A DNA stretch of 64,000 nucleotides, from positions 358,422,001 through 358,486,000 of the forward strand of contig OZ024742.1 of the NCBI GenBank assembly GCA_964016885.1, in the 5' to 3' direction. The position numbers were made by a program, and so were the translations under genes. The notes under the pieces were generated by a model. That model had not been told where the DNA came from. It searched no databases and was given only the letters and a program-made list of their open reading frames with translations. This document shows, piece after piece, positions 1 to 14,300 of the stretch; the first letter of the stretch is position 1; each line of letters starts with the position of its first letter. The stretch is from Eledone cirrhosa. Its lineage: Eukaryota.

Positions 1-195
1 TTCAAAGTTTTAGCATATGAACTTCATCTTGTCTCTTTATTTTTGCCTCTTGTTGTATAGTTAGAATGAATGGTGCATTATGTTCTTAAACAAGACGTTT
101 CATTTCATATTGCTTCAGTCATCTCAACTGAAAATAAGTATCACCAGCTGCTAACATCACATAGAAGGGGAAGTCCTGTTCACTCAATAATTTAA

Positions 196-391
196 CCCTT
201 TAGCATTTAAACCGGCTGTATCCGGCCAGAATTCTCTCACTTCTTTCTGCTCAAACTAACCATAACTGGCCACTCATACTGATGTTAAAGTATAGTTCTC
301 AAAATAAATAATATCAAAATCCCATGAATTTGATATGTGAGATAAAGCCTTTACCACGAAAATACAATAGAGTAATGTAAATGCTAAGGGT
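196..391. mobile_element. Decayed non-autonomous piggyBac-type DNA transposon (MITE), ~196 bp, flanked by TTAA at 192-195 and 392-395
   Basis: The left end reads TTAA|CCCTTTAGCATTT (192-208) and the right end AAATGCTAAGGGT|TTAA (379-395), an imperfect ~13-bp terminal inverted repeat. CCC...GGG termini with TTAA on both sides are the established piggyBac signature. The interior is AT-rich with no ORF. Confidence 0.75.
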
Positions 392-480
392 TTAATACTA
401 CTTGAAAGGGAAATAAACTCCAGGCTAAAGAGTCTCTAGTCTCAAGAAAGACTAAACCTTTAAACTTGTGTCTGAATATA

Positions 481-590
481 TTTCATTCTATTTTTCCTTG
501 TTTCTTTAAATCATTCCTCTTCTATTACATCTATTATTTCTTTGTCTTCTTTGTGTTGTAATTTATATCTTTTAATGAATTAATCTTTTA
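481..590. other. T-rich low-complexity spacer between the MITE and the satellite
   Basis: Strongly T/pyrimidine-biased sequence (tttcattctatttttccttgtttcttt...), with no ORF and no repeat unit. Confidence 0.4.
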
Positions 591-3500
591 CAAAGTGAAC
601 AATAATTAATTCACAGGGATTTATCTTAACCATTCAGTTATCAACATGTCCAAAACTGGCGTTGGTTCTATGAAATAAAACTATTTATCACTTTAGTTAT
701 CAACATGTCCAAAACTGGCTTTGGTTCTATGAAATAAAACTGTTTTATCCCTTTCAGTTACCAACATGTCCAAAACTGGCTTTGGTTCTATGAAATAAAA
801 ATGTTATCTCTTTAGTTATCAACATATCCAAAACTGGCTTTGGTTCAATGTAATAAAACTGTTTTATCCCTTTAGTTACCAACATGTCCAAAACTGGCTT
901 TGGTTCTATGAAATAAAACTGTTTTATCCCTTTCAGTTACCAACATGTCCAAAACTGGCTTTGGTTCTATGAAATAAAACTGTTTTATCCATTTCAGTTA
1001 CCAACATGTCTAAAACTAGCTTTGGTTCTATGTAATAAAACAGTTTTATCCCTTTAGTTACCAACATGTCCAAAAGTGGCTTGGTTCTATGAAATAAAAC
1101 TGTTTTATCCCTTTAGTTACCAACATGTCCAAAACTGGGTCTCGTTCTATGAAATAAAACTGTTTATCCCTTTAGTTACCAAACCAGCTAAAAAAAGCTC
1201 TGGTTCTATGAAATAAAACTGTTTTAGCCCTTTAGATATCAACACGGACAAAACCAGCTGTGATTCTATGAAATAAAACTGTTGCATCCGTTTACTTATC
1301 AACCCGGCCAAAACTGGCTTTGGTTTTATGAAATATAACTATTTTATCACTTTAGCTACCAACATGTCTAAAACTGGCTTTGGTTCTATGAAATAAAACT
1401 GTTTTATCCCTTTAGTTACCAACATGTCCAAAACTTGTTCTGGTTCTATGAAATAAAACTGTTTTATCCCTTTAGTTACCAACATGTCCAAAACTTGTTC
1501 TGGTTCTATGAAATAAAACTATTTTATCCCATTAGTTACCAAACCAGCTAAGAAAAGCTATGGTTCTATGAAATAAAACTGTTTAGTTATCAATCCGGCC
1601 AAAACCGGCTCTGATTCTATGAAATAAATCTGTTTCATCCCTTTATTTATCAACCCGGCCAAAACTGGCTTTGTTTCTATGATATAAAACTGTTGTATCC
1701 CTTTAGTTACCAACATGTCCAAAACTGACTTTGGTTCTATGAAATAAAACTGTTGTATCCCTTTAGTATCAACATGTCCAAAACTGGCTCTGGTTCTATG
1801 AAATAAAACTGTTTTATTCCTTTCAGTTACCAACATGTTCAAAACTGGCTATGGTTCTATGTAATAAAACTGTTTTATCCCTTTCAGTTGCCAACAGGCC
1901 CAAAACTGGCTCTGGTTCTATGGAATAACTGTTTTATCCCTTTAGTTATCAACATGTCCAAAACTGGCTCTGGTTCTATGTAATAAAATTGTTGTATCCC
2001 TTTAGTTATCAACCCGGCCAAAACTGGCTCTGGTTCTATGAAATAAAACAGTTTTATCCCCTTAGTTACCAACATGTCCAAAAGTGGTTTTGGTTCTATG
2101 AAATAAAACTGTTTTATCCCTTTAGTTATCAACATGTCCAAAACTGGCTCTGGTTCTATGAAATAGAATTGTTTTATCCCCTTAGTTACCAACATATCCA
2201 AAACTGGATCTGGTTCTATGAAATAAAACCGTTCTATCACCTTAGTTATCAACATGTCCAAAACTGGTTTTGGTTCTATAAAATAAAACTGTTTTATCCC
2301 TTTAGTTATCAACCCGGCCAAAATTGGCTTTGGTTCTATGAAATAAAACTGTTTTATCCCTTTAGTTACCAACATGTCCAAAGCTGGCTTTGGTTCTATG
2401 AAATGAAAATCTTTTATCCCTTTCAATTACCAACATGTCCTCAACTGGCTTTGGTTCTATGTAATAAAATTGTTTTATCCCTTTAGTTACCAAACCAGCT
2501 AAAAAAAGCTCTGGTTCTATGAAATATAACTGTTTTAGCCCTGTAGTTTTCAACACGGCGAAAACCAGCACTGATTCTATGAAATAAAACAGTTTCATCC
2601 CTTTAATTATCAACCCGGCCAAAACTGGCTTTGGTTCTATGAAATAAAACTGTTTTATCCCTTTAGTTACCAACATGTCCAAAACTGGCTTTGGTTTTAT
2701 GAAATAAAAATGCTTTATCCCTTCAGCTACCAACATGTCCAAAACTGGCTTTGGTTCTATGAAATAAAACTGTTTTATCCCTTTAGATACCAACAGGCTT
2801 AAAACTGGCTCTGTTTCTATGAAATAAAACTGTTTTATCCCCTTAGTTACCAACATATCCAAAACTGGTTTTAGTTCTATGAAATAAAACTGGTTTAACC
2901 CTTTAGTTATCAACATGTCCAAAACTAGCTATGGTTCTATGTAATAAAACTGTTTTAGCCATTTAGTTATCAACCCGGCCAAAACCAGCTCTGATTCTAT
3001 GAAATAAAACTGTTTCATCCCTTTAATTATCAACCAGGCCAAAACTGGCTTTAGTTCTATGACATAAAACTGTTTTATCCCATTAGTTACCAAACCAGCT
3101 AAAAAAGCTCTGGTTCTATGAAATAAAACTGTTTTAGCCCTTTAGTTATCAACCCGGCCCAAACCAGCTCTGATTCTATGAAATAAATCTGTTTTATCCC
3201 CTCAGTTACCAACATATCCAAAACTGGCTCTGGCTCTATGAAATAAAATTGTTTTATCCCCTTAGTTACCAACATATCCAAAACTGGATCTGGTTTTATG
3301 AAATAAAACTGTTATATCCACTTAGTTATCAACATGTCCAAAACTGGTTTTGGTTCTATAAAATAAAACTGTTTTATCCCTTTAGTTATCGACCCAGCCA
3401 AAATTGGCTTTGGTTCTATGAAATAAAACTGTTTTATACCTTTAGTTACCAACATGTCCAAAGCTGGCTTTGGTTCTATGAAATGAAAATGTTTTATCCC

Positions 3501-6500
3501 TTTCAATTACCAACATGTCCTCAACTGGCTTTGGTTCTATGTAATAAAACTGTTTTATCCCTTTAGTTACCAAACCAGCTAAAAAAAGCTCTGGTTCTAT
3601 GAAATAAAATTGTTTTATCCCCTTAGTTACCAACATATCCAAAATTGGCTCTGGTTCTATGAAATAAAACTGTTTTATCCCCTTATTTATCAACATGTCC
3701 AAAACTGGCTTCGGTTCTATGAAATAAAACTGTTTTATCCCATTAGTTACCAACATGTCCAAAACTGGCTTTGGTTCTATGAAATAAAACTGTTGTATTC
3801 CTTTCAGTTACCAACATGTCCCATACTGGCTCTGGTTCTATGAAATAAAACTGTTTTATCCATTTCAGTTACCAACATGTCCAAAACTGGCTTTGGTTCT
3901 ATGAAATAAAACTGTTTTATCCATTTCAGTTACCAACATATCTAAAACTAGCTTTGGTTCTATGTAATAAAACAGTTTTATCCCTTTAGTTACCAACATG
4001 TCCAAAAGTGGCTTGGTTCTATGAAATAAAACTGTTTTATCCCTTTAGTTACCAACATGTCCAAAACTGGGTCTCGTTCTATGAAATAAAACTGTTTATC
4101 CCTTTAGTTACCAAACCAGCTAAAAAAAACTCTGGTTCTATGAAATAAAACTGTTTTATCCCATTAGTTACCAACATGTCCAAAACTGGCTTTGGTTCTA
4201 TGAAATAAAACTGTTGTATTCCTTTCAGTTACCAACATGTCCCATACTGGTTCTGGTTCTATGAAATAAAACTGTTTTATCCATTTCAGTTACCAACATG
4301 TCCCAAACTAGCTTTGGTCCTATGTAATAAAACAATTTTATCCCTTTAGTTACCAACATGTCCAAAACTGGCTTTGGTTCTATGAAATAAAACTGTTTTA
4401 TCCCTTTAGTTACCAACATGTCCAAAACTGGGCCTCGTTCTACGAAATAAAACTGATTTATCCCTTTAGTTACCAAACCAGCTAAAAAAAGCTCTGGTTC
4501 TATGAAATAAAACTGTTTTAGCCCTTTAGATATCCACACGGACAAAACCAGCTGTGATTCTATGAAATAAAACTGTTGCATCCGTATAGTTATCAACCCG
4601 GCCAAAACTGGCTTTCGTTTTATGAAATAAAACTATTTTATCACTTTAGTTACCAACATGTCTAAAACTGGCTTTGGTTCTATGAAATAAAACTGTTTTA
4701 TCCTTTTAGTTACCAACATGGCCAAAACTGGTTCTGGTTCTATGAAATAAAACTGTTTTATCCCATTAGTTACCAAACCAGCTAAAAAAAGCTCTGGTTC
4801 TATGAAATAAAACTGTTTTATCCCTTTAGTTACCAACATGTCCAAAACTGACTTTGGTTCTATGAAATAAAACTGTTTTATCCCTTTAGTATCAACATGT
4901 CCAAAACTGGCTCTGGCTCTATGAAATAAAACTGTTTTATCACTTTAGTTATCAACATGTCCAAAACTGGTTTCGGTTCTATGAAATAAAACTGTTTTAT
5001 CCCTTTAGTTATAGACCCGGCCAAAACTGGCTTTCGTTCTATGAAATAAAACAGTTGTATCCCTTTCAGTTACCAACATGTTCAAAACTGGCTATGGTTC
5101 TATGTAATAAAACTGATTTATCCCTTTCAGTTACCAACATGTCCAAAACTGTCTCCGGTTCTATGGAATAACTGTTGTATCCCTTTAGTTATCAACATGT
5201 CCAAAACTCGCTTTGGTTCTATGTAATAAAACTGTTTTATCTCTTTAGTTATCAACATGTCCAAAACTGGCTCTGGTTCTATGAAATAAAACTGTTTTAT
5301 CCCCTTAGTTACCAACATATCCAAAACTGGTTTTAGTTCTATGAAAAAAAACTGTTTAACCCTTTAGTTATCAACATGTCCAAAACTAGCTTTGGTTCTA
5401 TGTAATAAAACTGTTTTGGCCATTTAGTTATCGAACCGGCCAAAACTGGCTTTGGTTCCATGAAATAAAACTGTTTTATCCCTTTCAGTTACCAACATGT
5501 CCAAAACTGGCTTTGGTTCTATGAAATAAAACTGTTTTATCCCTTTAGTTACCAACATGTCCAAAATTGGGTCTCGTTCTATGAAATAAAACTGATTTAT
5601 CCCTTTAGTTACCAAACCAGCTAAAAAAAGCTCTGGTTCTATGAAATAAAACTGTTTTAGCCCTTTAGTTATCAACCCGGACAAAACTGGCTTTGGTTCT
5701 ATGAAATAAAACTTTTTTATCCTTTTAGTTACCAACATGTCCAAAACTGGCTTTGGTTTTATGAAATAAAACTGTTTTATCCCTTTCAGTTACCAACATG
5801 TCTAAATCTGGCTTTGGTTCTATGAAATAAAACTGTTTTATCCCTTTAGTTACCAACATGTCCAAAACTTGTTCTTGTTCTGTGAAATAAAACTGTTTTA
5901 TCCCATTACTTATCAAACCAGCTAAAAAAAGCTCTGGTTCTATGAAATAAAACTCTTTTAGCCCTTTAGTTATCAATCCGGCCGAAACCGGCTCTGATTC
6001 TATGAAATAAATCTGTTTCATCCCTCTATTTAGCAACCCGGCCAAAACTGCCTTTGGTTCTATGAAATAAAACTGTTTTATCCCTTTAGTTACCAACATG
6101 TCCAAAACTGACTTTGGTTCTATGAAATAAAACTGTTTTATCCCTTTAGTATCAACATGTCCAAAACTGGGTCTGGTTCTATGAAATAAAACTGTTTTAT
6201 CCCTTTAGTTACCAACATGTCCAAAACTGGGTCTCGTTCTATGAAATAAAACTGATTTATCCCTTTAGTTACCAAACCAGCTAAAAACAGCTCTGGTTCT
6301 ATGAAATAAAACTGTTTTAGCCCTTTAGATATCAACACGGACAAAACCAGCTGTGATTCTATGAAATAAAATTGTTGCATCCGTTTAGTTATCAACCCGG
6401 CCAAAACTGGTTTTGGTTTTATGAAATAAAACTATTTTATCACTTTAGCTACCAACATGTCTAAAACTGGCTTTGGTTCTATGAAATAAAACTGTTTTAT

Positions 6501-8399
6501 CCCTTTAGTTACCAACATGTCCAAAACTTGTTCTTGTTCTGTGAAATAAAACTGTTTTATCCCATTACTTATCAGACCAGCTAAAAAAAGCTCTGGTTCT
6601 ATGAAATAAAACTGTTTTAGCCCTTTAGTTATCAATCCGGCCAAAACCGGCTCTGATTCTATAAAATAAATCTGTTTCATCCCTTTATTTATCAACCCGG
6701 CCAAAACTGGCTTTGGTTCTATGAAATAAAACTGTTTTATCCCTTTAGTTACCAACATGTCCAAAACTGACTTTGGTTCTATGATATAAAACTGTTTTAT
6801 CCCTTTAGTATCAACATGTCCAAAACTGGCTCTGGTTCTTTGAAATAAAACTGTTTTATCCCTTTCAGTTACCAACATGTTCAAAACTGGCTATGGTTCT
6901 ATGTAATAAAACTGTTTTATCCCTTTCAGTTACCAACAGGTCCAAAACTGGCTCTGGTTCTATGAAATAAAACAGTTTTATCCCCTTAGTTACCAACATG
7001 TCCAAAAGTGGTTTTGGTTCTATGAAATAAAACTGTTGTATCCCTTTAATTATCAACATGTCCAAAACTGGCTCTGGTTCTATGAAATAAAACTGTTTTA
7101 TCCCTTTAGTTATCAACATGTCCAAAACTGGCTCTGGTTCTATGAAATAGAATAGTTTTATCCCCTTAGTTACCAACATATCCAAAACTGGATCTGGTTC
7201 TATGAAATAAAACCGTTCTATCACCTTAGTTACCATCATGTCCAAAACTGGTTTTGGTTCTATAAAATAAAACTGTTTTATCCCTTTAGTTATCGACCCG
7301 GCCAAAATCTGCTTTGGTTCTATGAAATAAAACTGTTTTATCCCTTTAGTTACCAACATGTCCAAAGCTGGCTTTGGTTCTATGAAATGAAAATCTTTTA
7401 TCCCTTTCAATTACCAACATGTCCTCAACTGGCTTTGGTTCTATGTAATAAAACTGTTTTATCCCTTTAGTTATCAACATGTCCAAAACTGGCTCTGGTT
7501 CTATGAAATAGAATAGTTTTATCCCCTTAGTTACCAACATATCCAAAACTGGATCTGGTTCTATGAAATAAAACCGTTCTATCACCTTAGTTATCAACAT
7601 GTCCAAAACTGGTTTTGGTTCTATAAAATAAAACAGTTTCATCCCTTTAATTATCAACCCGGCCAAAACTGGCTTTGGTTTTATGAAATAAAAATGCTTT
7701 ATCCCTTCAGTTACCAACATGTCCAAAACTGGCTTCGGTTCTATGAAATAAAACTGTTTTATCCCTTTAGATACCAACAGGTCTAAAACTTGCTCTGTTT
7801 CTATGAAATAAAACTGTTTTATCCCCTTAGTTACCAACATATCCAAAACTGGTTTTAGTTCTATGAAATAAAACTGTTTTAACCCTTTAGTTATCAACAT
7901 GTCCAAAACTAGCTTTGGTTCTATGTAATAAAACTGTTTTAGCCATTTAGTTATCAACCCGGCGAAAACCAGCTCTGATTCTATGAAATAAAACTGTTTC
8001 ATCCCTTTAGTTATCAACCAGACCAAAACTGGCTTTAGTTCTATGACATAAAATTGTTTTATCCCATTAGTTACCAAACCAGATAAAAAGTGCTCTGGTT
8101 CTATGCAATAAAACTGTTTTAGCCCTTTAGTTATCAACCCGGCCCAAACCAGCTCTGATTCTATGAAATAAATCTGTTTTATCCCCTCAGTTACCAACAT
8201 ATCCAAAACTGGCTCTGGTTCTATGAAATAAAATTGTTTTATCCCCTTAGTTACCAACATATCCAAAACTGGATCTGGTTTTATGAAATAAAACTGTTAT
8301 ATCCACTTAGTTATCAACATGTCCAAAACTGGTTTTGGTTCTATGAAATAAAACTGTTTTATCCCTTTAGTTACCAACATGTCCAAAACTGACTTTGGT

Positions 8400-11300
8400 T
8401 CTATGAAATAAAACTGTTTTATCCCTTTAGTATCAACATGTCCAAAACTGGCTCTGGTTCTATGAAATAAAACTGTTTTATCCCCTTAGTTACCAACATA
8501 TCCAAAACTGGTTTTAGTTCTATGAAATAAAACTGTTTTAACCCTTTAGTTATCAACATGTCCAAAACTAGCTTTGGTTCTATGTAATAAAACTGTTTTA
8601 GCCATTTAGTTATCGACCCGGCCAAAATTGGCTTTGGTTCTATGAAATAAAACTGTTTTATCCCTTTAGTTACCAACATGTCCAAAGCTGGCTTTGGTTC
8701 TATGAAATGAAAATGTTTTATCCCTTTCAATTACCAACATGTCCTCAACTGGCTTTGGTTCTATGTAATAAAACTGTTTTATCCCTTTAGTTACCAAACC
8801 AGCTAAAAAAAGCTCTGGTTCTATGAAATAAAACTGTTTTAGCCCTTTAGTTATCAACCCGGACAAAACTGGCTTTGGTTCTATGAAATAAAACTTTTTT
8901 ATCCTTTTAGTTACCAACATGTCCAAAACTGGCTTTGGTTTTATGAAATAAAAATGCTTTATCCCTTCAGTTACCAACATGTCCAACACTGGCTTTGGTT
9001 CTATGAAATAAAACTGTTTTATCCCCTTAGTTACCAACATGTACAAAACTGGTTTTCGTTCTATGAAATAAACTGTTTTATCCCTTTAGTATCAACATGT
9101 CCAAAACTGGCTCTGGTTCTATGAAATAAAACTGTTTTTCCCTTTAGTTATCAACATGTCCAAAACTGGTTTTGGTTCTATGAAATTAAACTGTTTTATC
9201 CCTTTAGTTATCGACCCGGCCAAAACTGGATTTGGTTTTATGAAATAAAACAGTTGTATCCCTTTAGTTACCGACATGTCCAAACTGGCTTTGGTTCTAT
9301 GAAATAAAATTGTTTTATCCCTTTCAGTTACCAACATGTTCAAAACTGGCTATGGTGCTATGTATTATAACTGTTTTATCCCTTTCAGTTACCAACGTTT
9401 CCAAACCTGGCTCTGGTTCTATGGTATAACTGTTTTATCCCTTTAGTTATCAACATGTCCAAAACTGGCTTTGGTTCTATGTAATAACACTTTTTTATCC
9501 CTTTAGTTATCAACCCGGCCAAAACTGGCTCTGGTTCTATGAAATAAAACAGTTGTATTCCCTTAGTTACCAACATGTCCAAAAGTGGTTTTGGTTCTAT
9601 GAAATAAAACTGTTTTATCCCTTTAGTTACCAACATGTCCTCAACAGGCTTTGGTTCTATGTAATAAAAATGTTTTAGCACTTTAGTTATCAACACGGCC
9701 AAAACCAGGTCTGATTCTATGAAATAAAACTGTTTCATCACTTTAGATATCAACCCGGCCAAAACTGGTTTTGGTGCTATGAAATAAAACTATTTTATCC
9801 CTTTAGTTACCAACATGTCCAAAACTGGCTTTGGTTTTATGAAATAAAAATGCTTTATCCCTTCAGTTACCAACATGTCCAAAACTGGCTTTGGTTCTAT
9901 TAAATAAAACTGTTTTATCCCTTTCAGTTACCAACATGTCCAAAACTGGCTTTGGTTCTATGAAATAAAACTGTTTTATCTCTTTAGTTATCAACATATC
10001 CCAAACTGGCTTTGGTTCAATGTAATAAAACTGTTTTATACCTTTAGTTACCAACATGTCCAAAACTGGCTTTGGTTCTATGTAATAAAACTGTTTTATC
10101 CCTTTCAGTTACAAACATGTCCAAAACTGTCTTTGGTTCTATGAAATAAAACTGTTTTATCACTTTAGTTACCAACATGTCCATAACTTCTTTGGTTCTA
10201 TGAAATAAAACTGTTGTAATCCTTTCAGTTACCATCATGTCCAAAACTGGCTTTGGTTCTATGAAATAAAACTGTTTTATCCATTTCAGTTACCAACATG
10301 TCCAAAACTAGCTTTGGTTCTATGTAATAAAACTATTTTATCCCTTTAGTTACAAACATGCCAAAACTGCTTTGGTTCTTTGAAATAAAACTGTTTTATC
10401 CCTTTAATTACCAAACCAGCTAAAAAAAGCTCTGGTTCTATGAAATAAAACTGTTTTAGCCATTTAGTTATCAACCCGGCCAAAACCAGCTCTGATTCTA
10501 TGGAATAAAACTGTTTCATCCGTTTAGTTATCAACCAGGCCAAAGCTGGCTTTAGTTCGATGAAATAAAACTGTTGTATCCCTTTAGTTACCAACATGTC
10601 CAAAACTGACTTTGTTTCTATGAAATAAAACAGTTTTATCCCCTTAGTTACCAACATGTACAAAACTGGTTTTCGTTCTATGAAATAAAACTGTTTTATC
10701 TCTTTAGTTATCAACATGTCCAAAACTGGCTCTGGTTCTATGAAATAAAACTGTTTTATCCCTTTAGTTATCAACATGTCCAAAACTGGCTCTGGTTCTA
10801 TGAAATAAAATTGTTTTATCCCCTTAGTTACCAACATATCCAAAATTGGCTCTGGTTCTATGAAATAAAGCTGTTTTATCCGCTTATTTAGCAACATGTC
10901 CAAAACTGGCTTCGGTTCTATGAAATAAAACTGTTTTATCCCTTTAGTTACCAAACCAGCTAAACAAAGCTCTGGGTCTATGAAATAAAACTGTTTTAGC
11001 CATTTAGTTATCAACCCGGGTAAAACCAGCTCTGATTCCATGAAATAAAACTGTTTCATCCGTTTAGTTATCAACCAGGCCAAAACTGGCTTTAGTTCTA
11101 TGAGATAAAACTGTTTTATCCCTTTAGTTACCAACATGTCCAAAACTGACTTTGTTTCTATGAAATAAAACTGTTTTATCCCATTAGTATCAACATGTCC
11201 AAAACTGGCTCTGGTTCTATTAAATAAAACTGTTTTATCCCCTTAGTTACCAACATGTACAAAATTAGTTTTCGTTCTATGAAATAAAACTGTCTTATCT

Positions 11301-14300
11301 CTTTAGATATCAACATGACCAAAACTGGCTCTGGTTCTATGAAATAAAACTGTTTTATCCCCTTAGTTACCAACATATCCAAAATTGGCTCTGGGTCTAT
11401 GAAATAAAACTGTTTTATCCCCTTATTTATGAACATGTCCAAAACTGGCTTCGGTTCTATGAAATAAAACTGTTTTATCCCTTTAGTTATCAACATGTCC
11501 CAAACTGGTTTCGGTTCTATTAAATAAAACTGTTTTATCCCTTTAGTTACCAACATGTCCAAAACTGGTTCTGGTTATATGAAATAAAACTGTTGTATTC
11601 CTTTAGTTACCAACATGTCCAAAACTGGCTTTGGTTTTATGAAATAAAAATGCTTTATCCCTTCAGTTACCAACATGTCCAAAACTGGCTTTGGTTCTAT
11701 GAAACAAAACTGTTTTATCCCTTTAGTGACCAACATGTCCCAAACTGGCTTTGGTTCTATGAAATAAAACTATTTTATCCCTTTAGTTAACAACATGTCC
11801 AAAACTGGCTTTGGTTCTATGAAATAAAACTGTTTTATCCCTTTAGTTACCAACATGTTCCAAACTGGCTTTGGTTATATGAAATAAAACTGTTGTATCC
11901 CTTTAGTTACCAACATGTCCAAAACTTGCTTTGGTTCTATGAAATAAAACTATTTTATCCCTTTAGTTCCCAACATGTCCAAAACTGGGTCTCGTTCTAT
12001 GAAATAAAACTGTTGTATCCCTTTAGTTACCAAACCAGCTAAAAAAAGCTCTGGTTCTATGAAATAAAACTGTTGTATCCCTTTAGTTATCAACATGTCC
12101 AAAACTGGCTCTGGTTCTATGAAATAAAATTGTTTTATCCCCTTAGTTACCAACATATCCAAAACTGGCTCTGGTTCTATGAAATAAAACTATAGTATCC
12201 TCTTAGTTATCAACATGTCCAAAACTGGTTTTGGTTCTATGAAATAAAACTGTTTTATCCCTTTAGTTATCGACCCGGCCAAAACTGGCTCTGGTTCTAT
12301 GAAATAAAACAGTTGTATCCCTTTAGTTACCAACATGTCCAAAACTGGCTTTGGTTCTATGAAATAAAATTGTTTTGTCCCTTTCAGTTACCAACATATT
12401 CAAAACTGGCTATGGTTCTATGTAATAAAACTGTTTTATCCCTTTCAGTTACCAACATGTCCAAAACTGGCTCTAGTTCTATGGAATAACTTTTTTATCC
12501 TTTTAGTTATCAACATGTCCAAAACTGGCTATGGTTCTATGTAATACAACTGTTTTATCCCTTTAGTTATCAACCCGGCCAAAACTGGCTCTGGTTCAAT
12601 GAAATAAAACAGTTGTATCCCCTTAGTGACCAACATGTCCAAAAGTGGTTTTGGTTCTATGAAATAAAACTGTTTTATCCCTTTAGTTATCAACATATCC
12701 AAACTGGCTCTGGTTCTATGAAATAAAACTGTTTTATCTCTTTAGATATCAACATGTCCAGAACTGGCTCTGGTTCTATGAAATACAACTGTTTTATCCC
12801 CTTAGTTACCAACATGTCCCAAACTGGTTTTGGTTCTATTAAATAAAACTGTTTTATCCCTTTAGTTACCAACATGTCCAAAACTGGTTCTGGTTATATG
12901 AAATAAAACTGTTGTATTCCTTTAGTTAACAACATGTCCAAAACTGGCTATGGTTTTATGAAATAAAAATGCTTTATCCCTTCAGTTACCAACATGTCCA
13001 AAACTGGCTTTGGTTCTATGAAATAAAACTATTTTATCCCTTTAGTTACCAACATGTCCAAAACTGGCTTTGGTTCTATGAAATAAAACTGTTTTATCCC
13101 TTTAGTTACCAACATGTCCCAAACTGGCTTTGGGTCTATGAAATAAAACTGTTTTATCCCTTTAGTTACCAACATGTCCCAAACTGGCTTTGGTTCTATG
13201 AAATAAAACTGTTTTATACCTTTAGTTACCAACATGTCCAAAACTGGGTCTCGTTCTATGAAATAAAACTGTTGTATCCTTTTAGTTACCAAACCAGCTA
13301 AAAAAAGCTCTGCTTCTATGAAATAAAACTGTTTTATCCCTTTAGTTATCAACATGTCCAAAACTGGCTCTGGTCCTATGAAATAAAATTGTTTTATCCC
13401 CTTAGTTACCAACATATCCAAAACTGGCTCTGGATCTATGAAATAAAACTGTTGTATCCCCTTAGTTATCAACATGTCCAAAACTGGTTTTGGTTCTATG
13501 AAATAAAACTGTTTTATCCCTTTAGTTATCGACCCGGCCAAAACTGGCTTTGGTTCTATGAAATAAAACAGTTGTATCCCTTTAGTTACCAACATGTCCA
13601 AAACTGGCTTTGGTTCTATGAAATAAAATTGTTTTATCCTTTTCAGTTACCAACATATTCAAAACTGGCTAATGTTCTATGTAATAAAACTGTTTTATCC
13701 CTTTCAGTTACCAACATGTCCAAAACTGGCTCTGGTTCTATGGAATAACTGTTTTATCCCTTTAGTTATCAACATGTCCAAAACTGGCTATGGTTCTATG
13801 TAATACAACTGTTTTATCCCTTTAGTTATCAACATATCCAAACTGGCTCTGGTTCTATGAAATAAAACTGTTTTATCCCCTTAGTTACCAACATATCCAA
13901 AATTGGCTCTGGTTCTATGAAATAAAACTGTTTTATCCCTTTATTCATCAACATGTCCCAAACTGGTTTTGGTTCTATTAAATAAAACTGTCTTATCCCT
14001 TTAGTTACCAACATGTCCAAAACTGGTTCTGGTTATATGAAATAAAACTGTTGTATTCCTTTAGTTACCAACATGTCCAAAACTGGCTTTGGTTTTATGA
14101 AATAAAAATGCTTTATCCCTTCAGTTACCAACATGTCCAAAACTGGCTTTGGTTCTATAAAATAAAACTGTTTTATCCCTTTAGTTACCAACATGTCCCA
14201 AACTGGCTTTGGTTCTATGAAATAAAACTATTTTATCCCTTTAGTTACCAACGTGTCCAAAATTGGCTTTGGTTCTATGAAATAAAACTGTTTTATCCCT

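Noticed and set aside
1-191. Possible exon or promoter in the unique flank
   Set aside because: There is no ORF in the track, no convincing splice-site pair and no recognisable motif. It is too short to interpret.
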